DNA from: a bacterium
GTDB lineage: Bacteria > Zhuqueibacterota > Zhuqueibacteria > Oceanimicrobiales > Oceanimicrobiaceae
Direction: 5' to 3'
DNA length: 64,000 bases
Assembly (NCBI GenBank): GCA_046757525.1
Contig: JBHHYI010000001.1
Span: 123,539 to 187,538, forward strand
Part shown: positions 55,847 to 63,896 of the stretch, piece by piece
Numbering within the stretch: position 1 is the stretch's first letter
Layout of the letters: each line of letters opens with the position of its first letter
Notes under the pieces: model-generated
What the model was told of the DNA's origin: nothing
Database searches by the model: none
The model's input: the letters and a program-made list of their open reading frames with translations, nothing else
Translations under genes and position numbers: made by a program

Positions 55847-55861
55847 TGGCACAGAATTTGT
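55847..55861 (+). promoter_or_regulatory. Probable sigma54 promoter for the second cytochrome module
   Basis: TGGCAC-AGAAT-TTGT inside a 370-nt intergenic gap. Confidence 0.55.
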
Positions 55862-55913
55862 GGAGTGACCAACAGAAACGTCACCGGAAGAGACGATCTG
55901 GCCAATTTTTTTG

Positions 55914-55941
55914 TTGCTTTTTGATCATTATGTGTTATATT
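55914..55941 (+). promoter_or_regulatory. Possible sigma70-type promoter with extended -10
   Basis: TTGCTT-16 nt-TATATT with TGn before the -10; same geometry as 63817-63844. Confidence 0.4.
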
Positions 55942-56071
55942 TCAAAATACGCACACACCTCTTGGGGCTTGCCTTTTTTCCCGTTCTTGATATTGATACT
56001 GTCCGTGCTCACGTTCTCGTTTTATCTAATTCAATTGGTGAGGGCTTCCAACAATGATTGGCGGATGGATC

Positions 56072-56935
56072 ATGACATCTAACGGCATTATCGCTTTCTT
56101 TACTACGAGTTTTTTGACAGCATTAGCAATGACGGGCTGCAGTGATCTGCGCAACCCGGTGCCAACCAACCCTGCGGCTGAGACCGAGGTTCACCCGGAA
56201 GGTTGGCTAAATGTGGATTCACAGAACTTCCATGGTCGATTTCTGCAAGGCATCGGTTGGGATCTGAGGAGCTGCCAACAGTGCCACGGGACCGACTATC
56301 GGGGCGGGATTGCCGACGTTTCATGCCTTACCTGTCATCCGGCCACGCCCGAGGATTGCGTGGTGTGCCATGGTGGTGTGGACAACCTGACCGGCGCTCC
56401 TCCTGAGGACCTGGCCGGCAATCGTGCTGAGGGAGCGGTCGGCGTGGGCGCCCATAGCGCCCATTTAACCGGAGAGGAGTTCAGCGACGGAATCGAATGT
56501 GAGTCCTGTCATTTGGTGCCGGATTCGTTTTATGCAACAGGTCATGTCGATTCCGATCTGCCCGCAGAAGTGACGTTCAGCAACCTGACCCTGGCGGACA
56601 GCGCCAATCCCACATGGCAGCGCAACGCGGCAACCTGTGCAAACGCCTATTGTCACGGCAATTGGAGTCTGGCCAAATCGCAATCGAATTTTAGTTTCAT
56701 CTACACTGCCGAACAGATTGAAGGTAACGCAGCGATGCCAACCTGGACGGACGCTGCAACCGTCGTTTGTGGCACCTGCCATGATCTGCCGCCGAAGGGC
56801 CACACTCCATTTCAGTTGACCGAGTGTACCAATTGCCACAGTTCGGTGGTCGATGCCGACGGCAACATTGCAGACAAATCCAAACATGTGAACGGCATGG
56901 TAAACGTATTTGGTCAGGAATTTCCGGTTTTCTAA
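56072..56935 (+). CDS. Multiheme cytochrome c lipoprotein (CxxxxCH/CXXCH domain type)
   Basis: Lipobox LAMTGC; 6 CXXCH + CANAYCH; GAHSAH; HVNGMVNV. Confidence 0.9.
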   Translation: MTSNGIIAFFTTSFLTALAMTGCSDLRNPVPTNPAAETEVHPEGWLNVDSQNFHGRFLQGIGWDLRSCQQCHGTDYRGGIADVSCLTCHPATPEDCVVCHGGVDNLTGAPPEDLAGNRAEGAVGVGAHSAHLTGEEFSDGIECESCHLVPDSFYATGHVDSDLPAEVTFSNLTLADSANPTWQRNAATCANAYCHGNWSLAKSQSNFSFIYTAEQIEGNAAMPTWTDAATVVCGTCHDLPPKGHTPFQLTECTNCHSSVVDADGNIADKSKHVNGMVNVFGQEFPVF

Positions 56936-56967
56936 GCGTCATCGCAAAAAAACAAGAGGAGGTCTTT

Positions 56968-57546
56968 ATGAAGAGGCTGTTTTCGTTTTTCGCTATATTG
57001 AGCTTTTTGGTTTTATGTGTCCAGGGGGATGGCCAGGACAAAGCCGCGGACAAGAAAGTGGCCTTCAAATACGGTGGAGTGAAAACCTGCAAGGCGTGTC
57101 ATCTCGTGGCCAAGAGTGGCGCCCAATACAAAATCTGGGCCAAGGGTCCCCATGCCAGGGCTTACGAAACCCTGAAGACGCCTAAATCTCAAGAAACGGC
57201 CAAGAAGTTGGGCATCGACGATCCGCTGAAATCAGAGAAGTGCTTGAAGTGTCACGTCACCGCCTTTGGCGTCAAGGCAAGCTTGAAGGGCCCCAAGCTC
57301 AAACTGGAAGAGGGCGTCAGTTGCGAGGCGTGTCACGGCCCGGGTTCTGTGTACAAAAAGCGCCAAATCATGAAGGACATTTTCGCAGGCAAAGTGAAAG
57401 GCGCAAAATACGGGCTGGTGCTGCCAACCGAGAAAGTTTGCGTGAAGTGTCACAACAGCGAGAGCCCGTTTTACAAAGGATTCGATTTCAAAAAGATGGC
57501 GGCTAAAATCGCTCATCCCGTACCAAAGAAGAGCGCTGCTAAGTAG
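56968..57546 (+). CDS. Cytochrome c554-like tetraheme periplasmic cytochrome (second copy)
   Basis: GAGGAGG RBS, signal peptide, CKACH, CLKCH, GVSCEACHGPGS, CVKCHNSESPF. Confidence 0.92.
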   Translation: MKRLFSFFAILSFLVLCVQGDGQDKAADKKVAFKYGGVKTCKACHLVAKSGAQYKIWAKGPHARAYETLKTPKSQETAKKLGIDDPLKSEKCLKCHVTAFGVKASLKGPKLKLEEGVSCEACHGPGSVYKKRQIMKDIFAGKVKGAKYGLVLPTEKVCVKCHNSESPFYKGFDFKKMAAKIAHPVPKKSAAK

Positions 57547-57606
57547 CGATGAGCATTATTTGAGCAGAAACTTTTGACACTACGGGAAATGATGGAAGGG
57601 AAAAGG

Positions 57607-59115
57607 ATGACAAAACGTCTCCCCAGTTTGTTTTACAATCCATTAAGTATGCTGGGCGCCATCGTTGCGATCGTCAATTTTGTCGTGATTTTGTTTCTCG
57701 TCTTGTTTGACTTTCTCAAGGGCGGCGTTGCGCCCTATGCCGGCATAGTTGCCTTCATCATCTTACCGGTCTTTTTGATATCCGGTTTGTTATTGATCCC
57801 AATTGGGATGTTTTTCGAGAGGCGTCGCCGTATTCGCCACAGTGGCGAATTGAAATCCCGGTCGTTTTACATCGATTTAGGAAAACCCTCGCATCGCCTG
57901 GCGACCATGGTGTTCACTTCCGGCACTATTGTCTTCTTGCTGTCCACAGCGGTGGGTAGCTACCGGGCCTACGAATTTACCGAATCGGTCACGTTTTGCG
58001 GCCAGATTTGTCACAAGGTGATGCAGCCCGAATTCTCAGCTTACCAATTCTCACCGCATGCCCGCGTGACCTGCGCCGAATGCCACGTGGGCCCGGGGGC
58101 GGGCTGGTTCGTGCGTTCTAAACTTTCCGGTGCCTACCAGGTCTATGCCACCATCTTCAACGCCTTTCCACGGCCCATCCCTACGCCCATCGAGAATTTG
58201 CGACCGGCGCGGGAAACCTGCGAAGCCTGTCACTGGCCCAATAAATTTCACGGTTCCCAGGAGCGCGTTTTTACCCACTACCTGGCCGACGAACAAAATA
58301 CCAAATGGACTATTCGCATGCTGGTAAAGACTGGTGGCGGCAGCAAAGAAGCCGGCATCGCCCAGGGTATCCACTGGCACATGAACATCGCCAATGAGAT
58401 CGACTACATCGCAACCGATGAACACCGACAGGAGATCGGTTGGGTCAGGATTAAGGATCACCAAGGCAACGTGCGCGAGTACATGAGCGAAGACAACCCC
58501 ATCGATCTGGCGGATTCAAGCAAATATGAAATGCGCCGAATGGATTGCATCGATTGCCACAACCGGCCGACCCACATTTACCGTTCGCCAAGCAAGGTCA
58601 TGGACATCCTTTTGAGTGCCGGTCAGATCGACCCAACCTTGCCCAGCGCCAAGCAAATCGGTATTGAGGCCTTAATCGGTGATTACGCATCGAAAGATTC
58701 GGCCATGTTGGCCATTGCCAACAAAATTGAACAGGCCTATGCTGATGAGTATCCTGAGATTCAGCAATCGCGCCACCAGGCGGTCCAGAAAATGATCGCT
58801 GCTGTTCAAGAAATGTACGGCAGAAATTTCTTTCCGGAAATGAAGGTGCAATGGAACGTCTACCCCGACAACATCGGGCATTTCACAAGTCCAGGCTGTT
58901 TCCGCTGCCACGATGGCCGTCACACCAGCAAGGACGGCGAGGTGATTTCAAACGAATGTACGAGTTGCCACATCATCATTGCCCAGGGGACCGATTCCGA
59001 CGATAGTCACATGATTTATCCCGACGGGCTGGAGTTTAAGCATCCCGAAGACATTGACGAGGCCTGGCGTGACACCGCCTGCAACGAGTGTCACACCGGC
59101 ACAGCACAGCTTTAG
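57607..59115 (+). CDS. NapC/NirT-domain inner-membrane heptaheme cytochrome, ImcH-like
   Basis: Three N-terminal TM helices; TESVTFCGQICHKVM, SPHARVTCAECHVG, LRPARETCEACH, GIHWH, MDCIDCHNRPTH; 7 heme motifs. Confidence 0.88.
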   Translation: MTKRLPSLFYNPLSMLGAIVAIVNFVVILFLVLFDFLKGGVAPYAGIVAFIILPVFLISGLLLIPIGMFFERRRRIRHSGELKSRSFYIDLGKPSHRLATMVFTSGTIVFLLSTAVGSYRAYEFTESVTFCGQICHKVMQPEFSAYQFSPHARVTCAECHVGPGAGWFVRSKLSGAYQVYATIFNAFPRPIPTPIENLRPARETCEACHWPNKFHGSQERVFTHYLADEQNTKWTIRMLVKTGGGSKEAGIAQGIHWHMNIANEIDYIATDEHRQEIGWVRIKDHQGNVREYMSEDNPIDLADSSKYEMRRMDCIDCHNRPTHIYRSPSKVMDILLSAGQIDPTLPSAKQIGIEALIGDYASKDSAMLAIANKIEQAYADEYPEIQQSRHQAVQKMIAAVQEMYGRNFFPEMKVQWNVYPDNIGHFTSPGCFRCHDGRHTSKDGEVISNECTSCHIIIAQGTDSDDSHMIYPDGLEFKHPEDIDEAWRDTACNECHTGTAQL

Positions 59116-59276
59116 GGACCAAGGCAAGAGCCTTTATTACGCTTTTTGCAGAAAGGAGGTGTTAACCAAAACTCACCAAATCCACTTTATCCTTAATCTT
59201 CAAAAACCCGACGGGATGTGTTGGCTCAAGAAAGGTTTTTTATTAACTTCGTGTTAGAGAACCATTAACTTTCCTA

Positions 59277-59293
59277 TCTTGTGAATCACAAGA
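59277..59293. repeat. Perfect palindrome TCTTGTGA-A-TCACAAGA
   Basis: 8-1-8 dyad ending 30 nt before ATG 59324. Confidence 0.6.
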
Positions 59294-59323
59294 AACTCCC
59301 TTTCCTGGGAAGGAGGTTGGGCT

Positions 59324-60895
59324 ATGAAAAAGTTTACCGTATTTTTTGCGATCCTGATCCCATTAGCGTGGTTAAGCACGGTTTTCGGGCAGGATTCCAC
59401 GTTCGTTGGCGTGTCAACCTGTCAAGCTTGTCATGCCGGTGGCCCTGGTGGAAATCAGGTTCCGGTTTGGCAGCAAACGGCCCACGCCAGCGCTTTCGAT
59501 TCATTAGCCTTTATACAGAAGAATCCTGTATGTCTGCAATGTCACACTACTGGCTGGGACACCACGCAGGCCAATAACGGAGCTGATGATTTCGTCACCA
59601 TCAGCGGGGACACCATTATCGTGGATAATGCTGACGAGTTTGGCAAGCGCACCAATGTGCAGTGTGAATCGTGCCATGGCCCTTCTTCTGCACACGTTGC
59701 CGGCGCTTTCAGCCAGCCGCCAGTGCTACCGCCCAACCTGGATCGGGCCAAAGCCGAAACTTGCGGCCAATGTCATCAGGATCAACATCATCCCTACATC
59801 GAAGAGTGGAGCCTGTCCAAACATGCCGGTTCCATCGACAATGCGAGTCCGTTCCTGCAAAACAAATTTCGCAACGATCCGAACTGTTCCGGTTGCCATA
59901 CTTTCCAAGGGTTTCTGCAGTTTGTCGGCACAACCCCGGAGGACACTACGAATGTCATTCCGAACGTGGTTCCTCCAGGCACCGACGCTGCCATACCGAT
60001 CACCTGTGCAACCTGTCACGATCCCCACGACCCACAGCATGAAGGACAATTGCGACTGCAAGTTGCCAATCTCTGCGTCAAATGCCACAATCCGGAGGAC
60101 GCGCAGCCAGGGGAGACCGTACACCATGCCACCTCTTCGATGTGGGCAGGAGAAGGCGCCGTGGAATACTCTGGCTTCACGTATCGGCGCCAGTCGCCGC
60201 ACCAGGTCACCGAGCCGGCAGCCTCGCGCAAATGCGTCACTTGTCACGTGTTCATGTCGCCTTTTGATCCCGGGCCACCGATCGTGCCAGCAGCTACCGG
60301 CCACACGTTCAATCCCCGGTTAGAGGCTTGCACACAGTCGGGTTGCCATGCTGGCGAAGATTTTCCTGATTTCGATCATGAAGGTCGACAGACCTTTACC
60401 GACAGTCTGATCGCAGTCCTCCAGGACGTTTTGGCCAGCGCTTCTTCTGCAGACTCCTCGACTCAGGAATTTGCCGAAGGATTGTTCAACTTGCAATTCG
60501 TGAATAGCTCTGGCAGTCGCGGCATTCACAATCCCTATTATGCTGAGGATGTCCTGGTCAACACCATCGATTTTTTGCGCGGGGTCTTTACCTCGGTGGA
60601 GCCAACGCCCGATCCCCTCGCCGGTATGCCGAGGAAGTTTGCGCTGCTGCAGAACTTTCCGAATCCGTTTAACCCGGCTACGAAGATAAGCTTTGATGTG
60701 CCGCGAACGAGTGAGGTGAAGCTGGTCATTTACAACTCGTTGGGTCAGGAAGTAGAAACTCTGGTAGACAAAAGACTGACTCCTAATCGTTACGTGGTTG
60801 ACTTTGAGGCTGCCAATCTGTCGTCCGGCATCTATTTTTACCGACTGATTTCGAACGAGTTTACCTCGACTAAGAAAATGATTTTGCTGCAGTAA
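59324..60895 (+). CDS. Nonaheme cytochrome c (c552/OcwA-like C-terminus) + T9SS type A C-terminal sorting domain
   Basis: Sec signal; 8 CXXCH + CTQSGCH; GHTF, SGSRGIHNPYY; tail FALLQNFPNPFNPAT..IYNSLGQEV..LSSGIYFYRL..KKMILLQ. Confidence 0.9.
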   Translation: MKKFTVFFAILIPLAWLSTVFGQDSTFVGVSTCQACHAGGPGGNQVPVWQQTAHASAFDSLAFIQKNPVCLQCHTTGWDTTQANNGADDFVTISGDTIIVDNADEFGKRTNVQCESCHGPSSAHVAGAFSQPPVLPPNLDRAKAETCGQCHQDQHHPYIEEWSLSKHAGSIDNASPFLQNKFRNDPNCSGCHTFQGFLQFVGTTPEDTTNVIPNVVPPGTDAAIPITCATCHDPHDPQHEGQLRLQVANLCVKCHNPEDAQPGETVHHATSSMWAGEGAVEYSGFTYRRQSPHQVTEPAASRKCVTCHVFMSPFDPGPPIVPAATGHTFNPRLEACTQSGCHAGEDFPDFDHEGRQTFTDSLIAVLQDVLASASSADSSTQEFAEGLFNLQFVNSSGSRGIHNPYYAEDVLVNTIDFLRGVFTSVEPTPDPLAGMPRKFALLQNFPNPFNPATKISFDVPRTSEVKLVIYNSLGQEVETLVDKRLTPNRYVVDFEAANLSSGIYFYRLISNEFTSTKKMILLQ

Positions 60896-60906
60896 GCAGG
60901 ACGAAC

Positions 60907-60939
60907 GGCGCCCTGGCGCGCATTTCAGGGCGCCATTTT
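60907..60939 (+). terminator. Terminator/attenuator-like hairpin
   Basis: GGCGCCCTG (60907-60915) / CAGGGCGCC (60926-60934), then ATTTT. Confidence 0.6.
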
Positions 60940-60981
60940 CCCAAATTGGCCTATTGCAAAAGCCACAAAGGAGTTTCTGTT

Positions 60982-62253
60982 TTGAGAAAATATCTTTGGA
61001 TCTTCGTAGTTGTTCTTTTGCCGGTGCAAAGCAGCGCGCAGTCCATTAGCGCGCGTTTTGCGACCTCTTTTTATTCGTGGGAACGTCAGGTAACCGACTC
61101 AACCTCGAAGGACCACCTGCGCCTCTACCAAACCGGGCAACTGACCATCGGCAAGCTGGCCGGCAACCGGCTGTCGTTGCATCTGTACAGCCAGGTCTCT
61201 CAGGATTTGGCTGAGGACGCGGACGGCGATCCCATCCCGCGGCTGTACAACGCCTACTTCCAGTGGCAGGAACGCAAGGGTCTCGTGCAAAAGATCAAAT
61301 TAGGCCGCCAGCGCATTTATTCCGGCGTGGCTTACGGCACCATCGACGGGATCGACCTGACCTTGCGCGCGGGCAAGCTGTTTAAGGTTGGCGGCTTTGT
61401 GGGCTACCTGGTTCCTTTTTCGAATGAAATCGAAGCTGACAACTGGAACGACAGCCACGCCTTTGGCGTGCGGGCCAGCACCAACAAGTTGTTCGGTTCC
61501 AGGATATTGATTAGCTTCTTGCAGAGGAATCGTCGTCCGGCCGCTTACCTTTTGCCAGGCCGGTTCACGCAACGGGTTTTGTCTTTCAAGAGTCTGGACC
61601 AGCGTCTCGTTGGGGTTGATTTCTACCGCAGCTTCTCGCGTCAGATCAACCTGTACGGCCGCTTCGATTACGACATCGAGCAGGAGCGCGTCCGGAAAGG
61701 ACAGATCGAGCTGCGGGTTGCGCCAACTGAAAAGTTGCAGATCACCGGGGAGTTCTTTCATCGCGCGCCCCTCATTGAAGCTAATTCCATTTTTGCCGTT
61801 TTCAACCAAAACACCACCCAGGATATCGGTCTTCACGCCAATTACCGGTTTCAGCAAAACTGGTCCCTCAACGGAAATTTTGGCCTGTTGCTCTACGACG
61901 GCGATGAGACCGTGCGGTTCGGAGTGGGGCTCAGGTGCAAATATGGCTCCCTGGGCTACAATTTTAGGAGAGGATTCGGTGGTGAAAACAACGGGGTTTA
62001 CGCTGCCTTCAATTACCCTTTGACCGCAAAGTTGGGATTGCTGGCCAGCACCGGCTTCTCGCGGTACAGCCTGTTCGATGAGGACGCCAGCAAGAACACC
62101 TCTTTGACGGGTAGCTTTGGTTTTAATTACCGTCCACACAAACATTTTTCAGTGGACTTTCTCGGCCAGGGACTGCGAAACCGGTTTTTGAGCAACGACT
62201 TCAGATTCTTTGTGAAAGCCAATTACTGGGTGTTTAAGACGAGAAAACCATGA
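60982..62253 (+). CDS. Putative outer-membrane beta-barrel porin
   Basis: Signal peptide; alternating hydrophobic/polar strands rich in Tyr/Phe/Gly (RLYNAYFQW, KLGRQRI, GIDLTL, FFVKANYW); no TM helix; AGGAG RBS before TTG 60982. Confidence 0.8.
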   Translation: MRKYLWIFVVVLLPVQSSAQSISARFATSFYSWERQVTDSTSKDHLRLYQTGQLTIGKLAGNRLSLHLYSQVSQDLAEDADGDPIPRLYNAYFQWQERKGLVQKIKLGRQRIYSGVAYGTIDGIDLTLRAGKLFKVGGFVGYLVPFSNEIEADNWNDSHAFGVRASTNKLFGSRILISFLQRNRRPAAYLLPGRFTQRVLSFKSLDQRLVGVDFYRSFSRQINLYGRFDYDIEQERVRKGQIELRVAPTEKLQITGEFFHRAPLIEANSIFAVFNQNTTQDIGLHANYRFQQNWSLNGNFGLLLYDGDETVRFGVGLRCKYGSLGYNFRRGFGGENNGVYAAFNYPLTAKLGLLASTGFSRYSLFDEDASKNTSLTGSFGFNYRPHKHFSVDFLGQGLRNRFLSNDFRFFVKANYWVFKTRKP

Positions 62254-63452
62254 GGAAGAGGTATTCAATGACGAAGACAGTTTGGTCATTCACCATTCTC
62301 GGGGTGGCATTATTGGCCTGGTTGGTGTTCTCCCAGGAGAAGCCCTTGCGACACCAGGACATCATCAAGTTCTCGCACAAATATCATCAGACAGAAGTGG
62401 AAACCAGTTGTGTTGATTGCCACACCAAGGCCGACAGCAGCAGCCTGGCAAGCGACAACTTGTTGCCAACCAAGGAAGACTGCGCCAACTGCCACGACGT
62501 GGAAGATGAGGAGAATTGCACAAAGTGTCATTTCAAAGACAAAGAGACCTGGTTGCCCTTTGAGAATCCCGGCCGCGACCTCAACTTTAGTCACCAATTT
62601 CACCTGACGAAAGCAGGCGCCAGTTGTGAGACCTGTCACAAGAACTTGAATGAGGTCGACTTTGCCGACCGAAACAGCTTGCCGGCGATGCAGGATTGTG
62701 CCGCCTGTCACAACCAGCAACAGGCTGCTTTGGAGTGTGTCACCTGTCACCGCAGCACTTTGAACCTGCGACCTGCCGACCACACGGCCGACTACCTGGT
62801 CGCGCACAAGAACGTGGCCCGCATGGACCAGGAGGCGTGCGCCACCTGTCACACCGACAACGATTGTGCCGAGTGCCACGAAGGTGCTTCCTTGCTTGCA
62901 ACTACCACGGGTTCCAATCGAGACGTTCAGACCCCGTTCTTGATGTCACCCAGTGGTACCAAAGGCCTGGTGTTGCAAAGGGTGCACGACCTCAACTTCC
63001 GGTTTACTCATCCGCTGCAAGCTGAAGGGCGCTCGCAGGAGTGCACGGTTTGCCATGAGGGCAGCAATTTCTGCCAGACCTGCCACGAAGCTGAAGGGGT
63101 GGACGTCGCTGGCAAACCCGTCTGGCACGGCGGCCCGGATTGGGGCGCGCTCGCTGGCGTGGTGGGCACCGGCGGCGGGCGTCATGCTGAATTAGCGAAG
63201 CGAGACATCGAAACGTGTGCTGCTTGCCACAACACCCAGGGAGACGATCCCACCTGCCTGCTCTGCCACACCGACTTTGACGGGGTCCAGGGCACCAATC
63301 CAAAAACCCATGACAGCGGTTTTGCAAACCGTTTTGGCGGCGGTGCCAGTTTCCACGACGATGAAAATGCGCTCTGCTTCTCCTGCCACACCAATACGCA
63401 CCAGGCCGGCATCGGCTTTTGTAATTATTGCCATGGGGCAGAGGTGAATTGA
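62250..63452 (+). CDS. 14-heme cytochrome c (c3/c7-like repeats), probable porin partner
   Basis: N-terminal signal/anchor, KFSHKYH and NFSHQFH units, 14 CXXCH; start overlaps the porin stop (ATGA). Confidence 0.92.
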   Translation: MRKRYSMTKTVWSFTILGVALLAWLVFSQEKPLRHQDIIKFSHKYHQTEVETSCVDCHTKADSSSLASDNLLPTKEDCANCHDVEDEENCTKCHFKDKETWLPFENPGRDLNFSHQFHLTKAGASCETCHKNLNEVDFADRNSLPAMQDCAACHNQQQAALECVTCHRSTLNLRPADHTADYLVAHKNVARMDQEACATCHTDNDCAECHEGASLLATTTGSNRDVQTPFLMSPSGTKGLVLQRVHDLNFRFTHPLQAEGRSQECTVCHEGSNFCQTCHEAEGVDVAGKPVWHGGPDWGALAGVVGTGGGRHAELAKRDIETCAACHNTQGDDPTCLLCHTDFDGVQGTNPKTHDSGFANRFGGGASFHDDENALCFSCHTNTHQAGIGFCNYCHGAEVN

Positions 63453-63816
63453 CCGGGCCTGACCGGGCGCAGCTTTATCGCCGTCCAACAGACAGACGAC
63501 AAGCCTTCAGTCGACCCCCACCGGTCGAAGCCCAACCCCTTGTTCTCCTGAGTGATCTCGATGAGTCAGGCCGTTTGGCACGGCTTTTTGTGAGCCAGTA
63601 CCTGCTTGCATTGATTGTCGTATTCCACAGACTCTGGGGCAAGAGTTTGTGAGAGGTTTTTGTCCTTTCTCTGGCAAACGGAGGGAGTTGAAAGCGAACT
63701 TTGGCGTGAATCGGTTAGCAGTACGCTTTTCTGGTATGGTTCTGGTCGCGGGAAGGACCATTACCTCTACCAAGTAGGCAACAGCCGGTTTTTTTTGCCC
63801 GAATTGAAAATTAAGC

Positions 63817-63844
63817 TTGCAATAAAGAGAGAATTTGTTAGAAT
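63817..63844 (+). promoter_or_regulatory. sigma70-type promoter with extended -10
   Basis: TTGCAA-16 nt-TAGAAT preceded by TGn. Confidence 0.5.
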
Positions 63845-63896
63845 AGGGAAACACCTATTTACATTAATTTCTCACTAACATTGAGGAGGAACTTTT

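Noticed and set aside
55703..56082. Small plus-strand ORFs (73 and 74 aa) in the intergenic gap
   Set aside because: They overlap promoter-like elements, lack an RBS, and CWSCE is not a heme motif
59324..60895. Call as nitrite reductase NrfA or OmcS-type nanowire
   Set aside because: No CXXCK catalytic motif; heme count and motif pattern do not fit hexaheme OmcS
61300..62145. 281-aa minus-strand ORF
   Set aside because: Antisense to the porin gene, which has an RBS, signal peptide and coupling to the next gene
63576..63591. TGGCACG sigma54-like -24 element
   Set aside because: The -12 TTG is one base out of register and no gene start follows closely
63428..63878. Short overlapping ORFs or possible pseudogene after the 14-heme gene
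   Set aside because: No RBS or recognisable family; cannot be supported from sequence alone
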